Shown here in pieces: positions 39,931 through 55,722 of a stretch of 64,000 nt of DNA. The notes below the pieces were generated by a model that worked only from the letters and a program-made list of their open reading frames with translations, did no database searches and was not told the origin of the DNA. The position numbers and the translations under genes are program-made. The stretch comes from Octopus vulgaris (taxonomy: Eukaryota). Positions within the stretch are counted from its first letter, which is position 1. Each line of letters starts with the position of its first letter. The stretch spans positions 16,430,001 through 16,494,000 of the forward strand of contig OX597832.1 of the NCBI GenBank assembly GCA_951406725.2. The letters run 5' to 3'.

Positions 39931-40649
39931 AATGGATGAAATACAAACTCAAACAAGATGGAATCTGAACGGACGAAATACCGCCAACGATCCTGTCCAC
40001 CGTGCTAACGACTTTGCCATCTCGATGTAACTAAGTATGATAGAAAACAAATTCTCCACTATGACTTCATTATATTTGCTTCAAATAGCACAAAATACTC
40101 ACATTTAAACCACACTTTCCGATCAACATAAGGCGAGGCCAACTTTGTAGCACAGGATCCATGATATTACATTATACTCTACAAATTCGATCGGAGTTCA
40201 AGTGGACTATATTTATATTCTACTCTATTTGATTTGCAAAATCTGTATATTAGAAGTATTGTTATCTTAATGTACAATTCAACACGTCAGTTATCAATAT
40301 ACATTGGATATACTTTCGAACGTGTTTCCGGGCAAAAATATAACCACATATCTACTAAATGTCGGTTTAATATTTTTGAAGAGACCAGAATGGAGCAAAG
40401 ACAGTTATAAATAAAGAAAACGTACACTACGATGAACCACATATCAAATATTTGATGAATACATGTGATTCGTCAAGCTTATGACTTTAGGCGAAATTTC
40501 GATTTATCTCTGTCACAAAAATGGGTTTGTTATGCAAGATGCCATTATTCAAACACCACTAGATTCACTTTCTATTTTCCATTACACATAATGTACAACG
40601 TTATACTAAATCATGACATGTAGTATTACTCGATTCCATAAAAAATAGG

Positions 40650-41003
40650 TATGAGGAGGAGGAGGAGACCCACTTCGGTCATGAATGACCTTGCGATTAC
40701 ACCTATAAAATTACCCTCCGAGGCACAAGTCCGGACAAGGTTGTTTTATGGAAGGCCAGCAGTTCCTCATGCATACCAGCCTCACCCTCCTCACCACTGA
40801 TGTTGTCCAAGGGAAAGACAAAGCCCGATACAGCTTCGCACCAGTGATGTCGCAACTCATTTCTACAGCTGTGTGAACTGGAGCAACGTAAAATATAGTG
40901 TCTTGCTCAAGAACACAACACGCAGCCCTGTCCGGGGATCGAACTCACAATCTCATGATCTTAAGCTCGACGTTCTAACCACCCCAAGCCATGCTCTTTC
41001 ACA
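40650..41003 (-). mobile_element. tRNA-derived SINE with (CCT)n-type tail
   Basis: Minus head gcatggctt..gtggttagaacgtcgagcttaagatcatgagattgtgagttcgatccccgga, followed by ttcttgagcaagacac. Confidence 0.85.
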
Positions 41004-41129
41004 AATTAGCCATGTCCCCATAGATTAAAGAGAAGGAAATACAAGTATGTGTGGAAGGGTAATTTCTATACCTTCCAAAATTATATCTCCAGGCCAATAT
41101 TTATGAAGAGAGAAATAAAATAATTCTAT

Positions 41130-41251
41130 GAAAGTATACAATACAGTTCATACGTTTTTGATAACACCTTTAGTGACGTATTCATGCCATATGGCATAAA
41201 TACGTCACCAAAGGAGTTATCAAAACTCTATCAACTGTATTGTATACTTTC
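41130..41251. repeat. 122-bp spacerless near-perfect palindrome
   Basis: Centre gccat|atggc at 41190/41191; arms gaaagtatacaatacagtt... and ...aactgtattgtatactttc. Confidence 0.95.
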
Positions 41252-41566
41252 TTATTGTCTTATTGTATAATTTCATATTTTTCAAAAATAGCAAGATTTT
41301 TCAAGTTAATTCCTTAGTTTTCCTTGAAATGTTGTACATTTCGGAGAATTGGTTTATTGATGTTATGAAATTCGCCAGTGTCTTCTACTTCATTTCCAGC
41401 TATCAGTATTCTTATTTTCCAAACTCTTAATATTCTACTTCATGGCATTTTTGCCGATTGACATTCCGTCTGATGTCCCGAATTACATGTATGCCTATAA
41501 ACTGGAGAAACCTTTAATGTGTTTAAAGTATACAGGCTCAAAGAATTATATGGATATGGAAATGCA

Positions 41567-41638
<72 letters not shown>

Positions 41639-42824
41639 TTGTGTTGTGTGTGTGTATAGATATATACATATGTAGGTATATAATAAATATATATATATGT
41701 GCATGCATATATACAAACATACACACATAGTAACATATATATATGCATGTATATGAAGGTATATTTACCTGTCCATCTTTCTATTTCTCAATTTATATAT
41801 ATATCAATATATATAGACAGAGAAATAGACAGATAGATAGGTAGGTAGGTAGGTAGGTAGGTAGGTAGGCCTTCATGTCGGTAGGTAGATAAATGATTTA
41901 TAAACAAATAACTAGATAGTCAGATACATACATGCATACATACATACATACATACATACACACATGCATACATACAAACATGCATACAAACATGCATACA
42001 GACAAACATGCATATATACATACATGCTTACAGACATGCATGTATGTATATATTTGTGTGAGAAAATAAATTGGTATGCATATTTTAGTGCGTGTACGTA
42101 TTTATATGTGTATGTATAACTTTTGGTATAAATGCGATACGAGAACGAATGCTTAAATTCATTTATCAATCATGTCCATGCTTTGCTTTGTATACCTCAG
42201 CGTGTTTACTCTTAAAATGAATGCAATACAGAAAAAAAATGTTTTGAAACTCTAAGAAAAGTAGAGAGAAAACGATTTTTAACAGAAATCAAACCGTCAT
42301 TTATCTAAAAATGAAAGAAGCGAGATATCATTTAATTGAATATACACATAATCATTTTCATTGAAACTTTTTCAGGTAAAATGAAGTCATATACGTTTAT
42401 AGGTAGCTTCTGGATGTCTTCTTGCGTCACGTTTATGATACTTATTCTGTTCTTGTTCTTGTTACAGCTCTGCTAACTGTAGCTGGCAAAAGATTGCTTC
42501 AAAATGCTAAAGTATTTTCATGTAGCAACGATATTTTAGCGAACGTTCAGGTATAGCATCTTAGGTTTATGTCGTGTTCGTTTTGAAACCCCATCCACTG
42601 AAAAATTGGAAATGTTTATATAAAAGTTAAATTTTGTTAAACGTCCAGAAATGTGAACTCATTGTGATGACATTTTGAAGTATAGGAATGAAAATCTTTT
42701 CAACGTAATCCAAATTAATGCGAAATATAGATCCATTGTTTCTCAACACATACAGGCTTTTCATATATCTGTGGTTAATGAACAGCTCACAATTATATAG
42801 AAAAGAGAAAGAAAGACAAATCTT

Positions 42825-42919
42825 ATGATTTGTAGACCTAAACATTTGTGAGACATTAATATATTTAACGTTCCAAATACATCATTAATGTCTCACAAAT
42901 GTTTAGGTCTACAAATCAT
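42825..42919. repeat. Perfect 36-bp inverted repeat (23-nt loop) inside a larger diverged inverted repeat (42730-42885 vs 43190-43320)
   Basis: atgatttgtagacctaaacatttgtgagacattaat and its exact reverse complement at 42884-42919. Confidence 0.95.
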
Positions 42920-43519
42920 TGAAGAACGTGTCCAAAATAATTGAAATGATTCACTGAATGTGATTCTGAGTAAAAGGAGAAGTAGCAAGGATGACACCGG
43001 GTATATTTGCTCCTTTAATTGTAGGCTAAGTATTACGAACATTCATGCTGCTCAAAATTACGGTTTTAATGCAACAACCTGAACAAGGTAAAGCCTATTC
43101 TGAGATATTTATGTGTGCAGACAGCATTCGCTGCTTGTGTATTGATTCCTGTATTTACGTAGTTCTGTTCACGTGGCACTGCCTCCAGCCATTGATGTAT
43201 TTGGAAAGTTACATATATTAATGTGTCACAAATGATTACGTCCGCAAATCATAACATGAGTTGTTTATTAAGCTAATATAAGAACAGCCTGTATGTGTTA
43301 AGAAACAATGGATCCATTGGATACAGGGTATCTGATTGTAAATGTTCTTAAATGGCTTTGAAGATCTCCAGAAATTAAGCCTTCCAATATAGTAGGTATA
43401 TTATATCATTGCTGATTGTGGTGGTGAGTGTATGAGACCGGATCTCTAAGACTTATGATGGTGTAGTCTAGTATGATAGATCAGTGAACAAAACAAAATT
43501 GAAGGGATACGGGCTACAT

Positions 43520-44030
43520 TACGAATGCCATTTCATAACGGGTGAGAAAAACATCGTCGTTTTATGGTAGATACTCCTTGTAAAACGGAAATCGAATGAA
43601 ATTCTATCGTCCATGCAAAGCTCAAGAGCGATGTTCCTTTAACTTTAATTTGATGTTGGTGCATAGCCAGATTAACATGTAACTTCTGTCGTCGTGTTTC
43701 TTTACATAATGCCATAATGCGGGTGTAATTTCATCACAGAAATCTTGAAATTCATAAGATGTCGGCTATACTTTTTGTCGCATCGGGCAAGCTACGTAGA
43801 AAGTAATGTAGGTGGCGATAATGACAGAATCGTCAGCGTCATACGCCATTTCACATAAAATATTGTTAATAGTCCTATTTCCACAGATGTCCAACACTGA
43901 CAGATCTGTGCAATGTAGTTTAAATCCAACCATCAATGTGATTCAAAACTGTATCCGAACTCTTCGTATTTAAGAGAACGAGGAAGCATTACTCGCCATG
44001 AAAATGCAGCCATTATGTATTATACGCTCA
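43520..44030 (-). mobile_element. Possible decayed hAT transposase fragment
   Basis: LCTNIKLKLK...NFIRFPFYK and ILCEM segments resemble hAT (Charlie/GTF2IRD2-like) transposases. Very degenerate. Confidence 0.35.
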
Positions 44031-44181
44031 TGTAAGCAAATATACATACATGCATAGATACGTGTATACATATATATATACATAACGGAAAGCTTTATGA
44101 AAATAAACAAAAGACGAAGGCAGGTGGAGTACAAACAAACAATTGTATTAGTATGGCGCTCAGGAATATAAATAAAACAAG

Positions 44182-44219
44182 TCTTTTACGTTTCGAGCCT
44201 ACGCTCTTCAACAGAAAGA
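44182..44219 (-). ncRNA. Minimal hammerhead variant (CUGUUGA core) within a Penelope-type repeat (44085-44235)
   Basis: Minus strand UCUUU-CUGUUGA-A-GAGC GUAG GCUC-GAAA-CG-UA-AAAGA. Stems I and II are perfect; stem III is the palindrome ACGU. Confidence 0.65.
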
Positions 44220-44920
44220 TACACAGAAAAGAAACACGTATTAAACAGAAAATTATACAGATATCTAAGCGCATATATACATACATATATGCATGTATAT
44301 ATATGCATGTATGTGTATATGCGCTTAGTTATCTGTATAATTTTCAGTTTAATACGAATACGTGTGCGCAAATTTCTTTTTCATTCATTATTATATAATT
44401 TTTCTTGCATATATCAGCATCTTTTAGCTTAAAAGAGAATGTCTGATAGAAACAAAATTCATTGAAATTTGTATAGCGTATGAAAAGCGAAATAAATAGC
44501 AAATAATTTGTTAATAGCAAATGAGATTAATTTTTCGGAAACGAATTATTAATGAAAAAAAATGTTATCATATAAAAAGACTAGAAACCTAAGTTTTTGA
44601 ATTTTAGCTTTTGAAATGACGTCAGTTATCACATGTACATGCATTTAGTGAAAGCTTTGGGTTTACACGATATCTTACGTTGAGGTTTCTGGTTTATACG
44701 TCTTTATTTATTCTCATTTCCCGTTATACAACTCGTTGTTAAAGTAGATATTACTTGACTTATTTTCACATACCACCCAAATACACACATATACAGACAC
44801 AGAGGCATACACACATACACACCTGCAGAGCTGTGTCGGTGCTCACAGGCACAAGTTAACACATATGTGCATATCTATCTATCTATTTATCCAACTCATG
44901 CAAATATTTGTATAATATCA

Positions 44921-45412
44921 TCTATATAAAGATCTGCCTGTTAGTTCGGCCGTTGTACTTTTAGTTTAGCTAGTTGCAGAGATAAAGTGAACGTGTGAGA
45001 GTGAGAAGCGGGTGAAATGTGAGTAAAGAAAAAAAAGCCCGGAGGAAGATAATTAAACACGAAGGTCAAATGCATCACGTGGTTAGTCGATAGAGGAAGA
45101 AACAAAGAGAGAGTGAAAAAGATACTGAAAGAAAGTGTTAATGGCGTGCTATATGGTGAGGATAGAAAGGTGCAAAGAAAGAGAGAATTGTTAAAGACGT
45201 GAAGACGGGAAAGACATGGTTGAAAAGTTCGCTAAGAAGTAGAGGTTAAGAGAAATATGATGCGGTCAGTAGCGGAAAATTTTAAAATCATATAGTATAT
45301 TATTGATACTGCAAGTCGGATACCTTATCAAAATAAATATAAAAATCATCTTTTCTTTCTTAAATAGTTTCTCTTATTTTTTTCCGTTCTGTCCAATTTC
45401 TACAGGGCTCAC

Positions 45413-45415
<3 letters not shown>
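44921..45415 (+). mobile_element. Probable non-autonomous Helitron
   Basis: A|TCtatataaa 5' end and CTAG|T 3' end, with a degenerate subterminal hairpin ctgtccaatttctacagg. Confidence 0.55.
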
Positions 45416-45492
<77 letters not shown>

Positions 45493-45529
45493 AATATATG
45501 TATATATATATATGGTATGTATAATACAT

Positions 45530-45563
<34 letters not shown>

Positions 45564-45591
45564 GTATATATATATGGTATGTATAATACAT

Positions 45592-45622
<31 letters not shown>

Positions 45623-45669
45623 GTATGTATGTATGTATATATATATGTATATGTATGTGTATATACATA

Positions 45670-45756
<87 letters not shown>

Positions 45757-46778
45757 CATACCTTCACATCAAAGATTGACGGCTTTTTTTTGCAACGTGC
45801 TCTAAAATATACGGATAATATTTAACACAAACAAAATGTTATACTCTGCCGTTTCCATACACATAAGCATATACACGCATACATACGCCAATCCACATAT
45901 TTTCATGGGGCATAGCTTACATTCGATCCGTGTTTGGCGCGTTCTCATGTTTGGAATGTGATATAGAATAAGACCCATCATAACATCTTGTCTATGATCG
46001 TTAGATAATCTGTAAGTTGACGTTGCGGGTTTATTTTCCCCGGCTCGGATTTTTATTTTCCATGTCATGTTTTCGTTTCTCAGTAAGTTTCACGAGATGT
46101 TCAGCGGAATGCATACATACAGGCATATATACATACAGGGTATGTGTACAAGAAGCTAACCTTTAGTTCTCTAATAAATCGTTCTATAGCTTTTCGAGAG
46201 AGCAATATCTTTTTGACGTAAGATTTCTGTTTCCTGGTTACTGAGATTCTTCTCTGTATTCCTAGCTTTGTAACTAGAAGTTAATACTATTCAGTTTGTA
46301 TTAGATAATGTCTGATTTTAATATTAAGCAGGGGTTACTGTAATTGACACCTTACGCTGTTTCATAACTGCTCCTTGTCTGTTGGTTTCCAGCTAACGTT
46401 TGTATATTTGACTACTGGTTTCAATGCTACTACAAGGTGTCGAAACGATACTGATATGAAATACGAAGGTGATTATGGGAATATATGGTTTAGGTGCAGG
46501 TTTTATGCCTTATCTTTTACATGATTCAGTCATTATACTACGTTCGCACTGGGGCGACACTTTGAAGGAAATTTTATAGACACAATACTTATTGTGTAAG
46601 GCCTGGTATTTTTCTATATTTTTGCCGAACCTCCATTTTACAGGGTCGTGAAGAAAAAAACAACACAATCTTCCCATTATTTGTCAGACACAGACACAAT
46701 GACACACACATACATACGCGAAATCACATAAATACTCACACACACGCACACACACACGCACACACACACACACACACT

Positions 46779-46814
<36 letters not shown>

Positions 46815-47209
46815 CTAGCAGTATCGCCCGGCGTTGCTCGGGTTTGTAAGGGAAATAACTATATAAGCATTTTTAGAGATGTAAAGTATAATAGCCATCT
46901 CAATATGGCTAACCACAAGGGGGGGGGTATTACTGTAGCTTTTTAGTTCTGAAATTTAATAATAAATTTTTAGAGAGTTACTTCCCTCATATATGCCAAA
47001 AATGCATTGAAAATGGGAAAATTGATGGTAACCTTTTTTTTAAATCGTAGCCTCATCGTAGACGCGCGCTAATACCCAGAAGGGCTCGATATGAATCACG
47101 ACTATAAGATACCCGGTTTTGGTTAAACTGCACCGCAAAATGTGGGAGTAGTTACGAATCTAAATCGTTGGAGACAGAGAGCACGCAACCTCACTTTTAT
47201 ATATAAAGA
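46815..47209 (-). mobile_element. Non-autonomous Helitron
   Basis: Minus strand A|TCtttatatataaaag ... cccgagcaacgccggg hairpin (46827-46842), 8-nt spacer, CTAG|T. Inserted at an AT site with no TSD. Confidence 0.85.
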
Positions 47210-47220
47210 TATATATAAAC

Positions 47221-47635
47221 GGCTGCGAGCTGGCAGAAACTTTAGCTCGCCGGGCTAAATGCGTAGCCGTATTTCGTCTGCCGTTACGTTCTGAGTTCAA
47301 ATTCCGCCGAGATTGACTTTGCCTTTCATCCTTTCCGAGTCGATTAAATAAGTACCAGTTACGCACTTGGGTCGATATAATCGACTTAATCCGTGTGTCT
47401 GTCCTTGTTTGTCCCCTCTGTGTTTAGCCCCTTGTGGGTAGTAAAGAAACAGGTACTACGCCCGCCGCTACATTCACAGGTCAAATTCCGCCGGGATTGT
47501 CTTTGTCTTTCACACTTTCGGGGTCGATAAATTAAGTACTAGTTACGCACTAAGATCGATGTAATGGACTTAATTCCTTTCTCTTTCCTTGTTTGTCCCC
47601 TCTATGGTTATCTCCTTGTGGGCAATAAAGAAATA
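47221..47635 (+). mobile_element. Family B SINE, head plus two body units
   Basis: ggctgcgagctggcagaaac..gagttcaaattcc..gactttgcctttcatcctttc..aagtaccagttacgcac, with the body repeated. Confidence 0.9.
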
Positions 47636-48089
47636 TGAAACATATATATATCTACATACATAGACGTCATAAATGTACCAGATTAGTCCAATTTACCACA
47701 TAGTGGGATTGAAGCGGGAGTCATATGGTTAGGAAGCAAGCACTTTACCTAGCAGTCGTGTTTGCGCCTGTTTATGAATTATATATTGGGGTCCCCCTTT
47801 TTCCTGATTGTCCATTTTTCCTACATCTTCTAAAATCTTTTGTTTAGTGCGATCACATATTGATACTGTGTGGTTGTCTTTGCTTCCCGTTTCGAGATGT
47901 TCAGTGGACTGCATACATACAGGCATATATACATACTGGGCATGGGTACAAGAAGCTAACCTTCTACAGGCCATGTCGTATCAATCTCTGCCAGGAAGCT
48001 CTCACGACTATTGTGAAACCAATAACATCATCATAACAGAACATGCCGCTGGGAAGAAGGGCGTCTGGCGATATGCGGAACAACTGTTA

Positions 48090-48420
48090 GTCAATAAATT
48101 GTGATGTATGTGGTACGAGAGCATAGGAGGGACCTGTGTACAGGTGTGGAAATTAGCTGCCCAGCAGATGTTAAAATAAAGTTGATGGTCAATGAAAAAG
48201 AGAATACCTACGCTGAACTATTGAGAGATCTGCAGTTACTCTATCCAGATTACAAGTTCAGATATATGCCTGTAATTATTGTGGAATATGATATATGAGC
48301 TACTGCTTAAATGTTAATTTTGTGAAAGAAGAATGCTATTTCAATGACTACAGATCCGGTGCATCACTGGAAGTGTCAAATTGTGTAAAATCTCCTAGAC
48401 GTTTATCGAGAATGTCTAGA
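48090..48420 (+). mobile_element. R4/Dong-like LINE 3' end (restriction-like endonuclease)
   Basis: LCTGVEISCPADVKIKLMVNEKENTYAELLRDLQLLYPDYKFRYMPVII resembles the RLE PD-(D/E)xK region. Confidence 0.75.
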
Positions 48421-48690
48421 TAGGCAACAACATGCATGAGAATATGTATATAGAACAAAATATGCAAATCTGCACTTATATATACATGCAGGCTTGCATA
48501 CATGCATTCATATCATAGATACAAAAATAGCTGGTAGTTGATGTTGATATTCCAGTGGAGTCTGAGATCTAAGTTAGAGACCGACTCTTTCTCTATTGGC
48601 AAGAAATCTTGAATTAAAACCGTGTAATGACATACATGTATACAAACATGTATACACACATATACGTATGTGTGTGCATGTATATATATA

Positions 48691-48762
<72 letters not shown>

Positions 48763-49333
48763 CATACATGTTCATTTGCACTTACACATGTCATCGTCGC
48801 TATGGTTATTGTTTTTCATGGAACATTGAACACAAGCTATAGTATACCTTCAATATCATGCAAAAATATAACATGTATATAGAATATGTGATATTTAATT
48901 CTACTTATATCAACACCTGGGCGCTTCATATTCAATTAAATGCATATAAGTGTTTCGAACCGTTGTTTGTAGCATTTACATTCATTTTACATGATTAATT
49001 ATTGTCGAACCTGAAGCCTTTGTTACTGTCTCCCTTAGACTTCTATGTGGTCTGAATTACATTCTGTAATATTTTCCTGTTCTTGGAATATATTGTTTTT
49101 TTTAGAATAATATTGTTAATATTGGTGAATAGATTTGTATGATTGTTGCATACGTATCTCCGTATCTCAGTGGAGTTCCATAAATTGATTAGAAACATAT
49201 TATTTGTTTGAAAATTTAATTAATTTGAACTTCATCTACACATAGACAAAAACACTCCAGTTTCATTCGTGCGCACGTACACAGATTCATACCCCCATAC
49301 ATACACAATAACGTGCGTAGTTATGTATGTATG

Positions 49334-49410
<77 letters not shown>

Positions 49411-49533
49411 ATATATATATATGAACGTATATACATATATATTAGTGTATTTATATACATCTATATATACATCGCATACGTACATTGAACTACGTATACA
49501 TGTGCGTATGTATGTATCTATCAATGTACCGAT

Positions 49534-49574
<41 letters not shown>

Positions 49575-49580
49575 TACATA

Positions 49581-49637
<57 letters not shown>

Positions 49638-51717
49638 GCATATAGATAGCTAGATATGCATGATGTAAGGAAAATAAGATCTATATGTGTTCTTGTGAAA
49701 CAGTGAAGAAATGATAGAAGATTAGGAACGAGAATCCGATATACATGAATTCATATTCATATGAATATTCAGTATCGAGAAATATTTTCTTGTTTATGTA
49801 ATTACAGTATATATACCTTATGCGCATATATAATAAATACATAACAGTGTATCTATAGTGCGTATGTGTGTGTGTTTGTGTGTGCGATTATTCGCACGCG
49901 TGTGTGTAAGTTTCTAACACTATTCAATAATATTCTTTGCTATGTCGTATCGAAATATCAGAAATATATTTTCCTTTATTATTAAAAATCTAATTAGTAT
50001 CCTCGTGTTGTATTAATTAATGATACGATACTGTTGAAACATTTATCATATTCACCATTGAAATTTGGCGAAGTTTTAAAAAGCTCTTTTCAAATTCCAT
50101 ATCACTAGAATCTTTAAATCCATTTTTCCTTTGTAATCAGTAGTAATTAGCAATAGAAAGATAATGTGCTGTGTAAAAACAAAATTTGATATGATATGAA
50201 TATTTTACATAAATGAAAACAAAATTTGAGCTGGTAAATTTTTGCAAACTATGAAAGCGCCATAGTTCTTCTAGTAGCGAAATTTAAATGACAGAACCCA
50301 ATGTAGTGAAATTCATTTTCGCAGCTAACGTCTTTCTGGAAAGCAAAAAAGTTAGAAATATTTATTAAGAGTATATCAAAATGTATCTGAATTCATAAAA
50401 GTTATTCTAATATATAGAACTGGAAACACCATAAGCGACATTTCATTCACAAAAACATATTTACTGAAACCGGTAAGCCACATAATCGAGAGACTCGAAT
50501 AAATATGACGTGATATCCCATGGAATTCAGAGCAATTTCATCAAAGGTGTCAGTATGTCGGTCATCAAAAATTGAATTGTATTGTCCTTGACAGCAATGG
50601 TCATTTTGAATGGTGATTGTTTGTGTGGTGTAGTACTCCTAGTCTAGCAGCCTGTATATCTTGTATATCTAGAACAGCTTGTGTATTTTGTATATTGCAA
50701 AGTTATGAAGGGTATTCTCCTGTGACTCCTTGCTGATTGAATAAGTCGATAGATTTTCATATTGTAATTTCTTCCTATATTGATGTAAGGCTTTCTCTGA
50801 AGAGTAGTAATTTAACGAAAACTTAGTAAGACGGGTGATCAGGCTGTGGGTAAATAACTGCAATTTGTGGCAACGATAATTCATATAAATTTGGCGAAAT
50901 GAAAAGAAAATTAGATACAAACACAATATAAAACACTCCAAAGCATCCACTCACACACATATATATGCGCAAAAGATTAACATGTCAATCTACGTCGCAT
51001 TACACTCAGATACTGTGTTAACATAATGAGCTACGTACGTTGTATGGATAATTACTAAAGCAAAAGTGAAGCAGTCTAGATATAAAGAGAAACGCACGTA
51101 GATTATTTTTATGAAAACAAATTAAATACATTCAAGGATGAATACATTTTCGAATATAAATTCCCATATGTTCTCTAGGAAATTTACAGAGGTTACTCGA
51201 AGTACAATCATTATGTACGTAATCAGTGTTTAAGAGTGTGGAGCAACTGATAAATGCGTGATCATCACAAATATAATATGAAACAAGAATTGTCTAAAAT
51301 ATGAGGTGAATGAAAATTGAGACACAACGTTTCTTGAATCATACAGAAGAGTATTGAATGCCAAGATGATGGGGTTCTTATAATTTCGTTATGATATTTA
51401 TTGAACTTTATGTAGAGTAATCTGAAATATTAGCTTTATTGCATAAGCAAATGTCTGAGAATACTATTTCAAATTCATTCTACACAAAATTACATATGGT
51501 GCATAATATATGAAATGCTGTAAACGTTAATATATTATGCATTCGTTAAATGGAAGCATTTTCGATGTTCTCTTTTTAGTGGCAAGTAAATTTCTTTCAT
51601 ATTCCTGTCGGCTGGTGTGATGCTTCACTCTCCTGCATAATTTCCAAATATGAATATATAAACATGTTTGACATACATCATCGTTTATCTATAATATCGT
51701 ATGAAGTCACATGAATA

Positions 51718-51828
<111 letters not shown>

Positions 51829-51961
51829 GATAGATAGATAGAGATATACATATTGAGATACATAGATACATGCCAATTAGATACATACAAACGTACACGC
51901 ACATGCACACGCATATACATATATATATGTATGTGTCTGTATGTATGTATATATATGTATG

Positions 51962-52035
<74 letters not shown>

Positions 52036-52074
52036 TTTGGATAGATAAATTCATCTAGAATTCATCTAAAATTT

Positions 52075-53495
<1,421 letters not shown>

Positions 53496-53501
53496 GATAC
53501 A

Positions 53502-53919
53502 GGCGCAGGAGTGGTTATAGAGGCTCAGGAGTGGCTGTGTGGTAAGTAGCCGGTCTACCAGCCACATGATTCCGGGTTCAATCCCACTGCGTGGCACCTT
53601 CGGCAACTGTCTTCTACTATAGCCTCGGGCCGACCAAAGCCTTGTGAGTGGATTTGGTAGACGGAAACTGAAAGAAGCCCGTCGTATATATGTATATGTA
53701 TATATATGCGTGTTTGTGTTTGTGTGTCTGTGTTTGTCCCCGTAGCATTGCTTGACAACCGATGCTGGTGTGTTTATGTCCCGTTACTTAGCGGTTCGGC
53801 AAAAGAGACCGATAGAATGAGTACCAGGCTTCCAAAGAATAAGTCCTGGGGTCGATTTGCTCGACTAAAAGTCGGTGCTCCAGCATGGCCACAGTCAAAT
53901 GACTGAAACAAGTAAAAGA
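53502..53919 (+). mobile_element. Family A SINE with duplicated 5' head
   Basis: ggcgcaggagtggttataga-ggctcaggagtggctgtgtgg, followed by the full family A body. Confidence 0.93.
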
Positions 53920-53967
53920 TATATATATATATGTATATATGTATATATATGTATATATAAATATATG

Positions 53968-54062
<95 letters not shown>

Positions 54063-55484
54063 ATGTATGCATGTATGTATGTACGTACGTATACATGTAT
54101 ATATGCGTGCGTGTATGTCTGCATACAAATAGACGTTTAGGGAGACTTAGAAGAGTTTTTTAAAAAAAAAGGACTAAAATTCTTCCAGCTTAAATTTCAC
54201 GCTGTCAATACACTGCATGGTCAAATATATTGCCTGACAATAAGGAAGTCCGAAATTAGATTGAAAGTGTTAAATCTGATCCAGTGAACATTCAGACTGA
54301 ACTTGTTTAATATATTCCGAAGATTGTTTGCGATTTCATATTACTAAACACGTAGATGCACTTAAATATTTTATGTACGTGTGTTTATATTTATCCACAA
54401 TTAAAGTCTTGGTTGTATTGATCGGAATCTTATAATCGTCATTTCCCTCAATATATTCCGTACAATACTTATGAATAAATGAATGAATGTAAACCTACTG
54501 TTACGTAATTTCTGAGTGAACATGAAGTTCAATAAGAAGCTGCACTCTTTTCAATTGTCCTATTGTTGTGGCAAATGTTTCAATACGTGCTTGTCAGAAG
54601 AATCATGTCCTTTATAAGAATCCTTTCATTTTGAGCACCATAACACTTTCGATTAAACCTTTTCAAGAAGCAAAGCTTCTTAATACAAACCACTTAGATA
54701 GGCAATACGTACTTGAAAATGATAGAATTTCTCTTGTCAAATATCGTTATATAGAATAGAATGTGAGAATGCATTGGGACATGCAAGTAACTCATCAATA
54801 TATTTCATACAATGAAATTTTACAAAGCTTCTCTTAAATGGTATTTATGCAGCAATTAAGGTCAAAAGAGAGACCGATAAACATGACAAATGCATTCACG
54901 GTTAATGCTATACTACATTACAAAATTTAAAACGTTGATTAGACTATTATAGTACCAGGTGAACCGAGTTGGAGTAAATATAGACGGTAATTTGATAGTA
55001 TTATGTAGACACAAGAGAGCATAAAACCGCCATAGATGTTTTATTTCTTCTGGAAATAACATGATTAATGCAGCTAATAATACGCGTTTTGCGGGTCAAA
55101 ATTGGCAGGCTAATAAAATATGTACCCTAAAAGAAATATGTGTTTCCCAGCATACATATAAAACATTGGATTCTAAACAACACGTCTTTCATTTGTATAA
55201 TAAAAACAGGACGAAAAAACAACAATCAAAAATACAAAGGTGGCCTGCATCCCGGATTACTTAAGTTGAATTGAGATATATATAGCAAGGGGTGGTGGTT
55301 AAATCCGATATTTTTTCTGGACACAAGAAAAGAAAGAACCACATGCTGACACTCCAACACCAGCAGCACAATCTACACGCGATACAAGCACACATATACA
55401 CCCAAAAGTATGCACACACACGAATATACCTATAGCACCTATATAGCTGAGATCTACATAGATTTTTCAAACGGATATAATAGA

Positions 55485-55722
55485 ATTACGGAGATGTACT
55501 CACATAGCAAGTGATTTGATCTGAGATCGTGTGCTGGAACGAAAACAATTGCAGCGTGGAAGGTGTTTGTAAGAGATGCAGCACTGATTTTCGTCAGTGA
55601 ACAGGTCGCGGATTTTAGCGACGAAAATATTTTGACAAATTAAACTTAAATGTCGAAGGGAATCGAACGGCCTTTGTGTGTTTCTTAAATGGCTTACAAA
55701 CACCTTCCACGCTGCAATCGTT
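55485..55722. mobile_element. Repeat with internal perfect 26-bp inverted repeat (family of 21343-22025)
   Basis: attgcagcgtggaaggtgtttgtaag (55548-55573) pairs with cttacaaacaccttccacgctgcaat (55693-55718). Confidence 0.85.

Noticed and set aside
50669-50950. 93-aa ORF as a host exon
   Set aside because: No motif, homology or clear splice signals visible.
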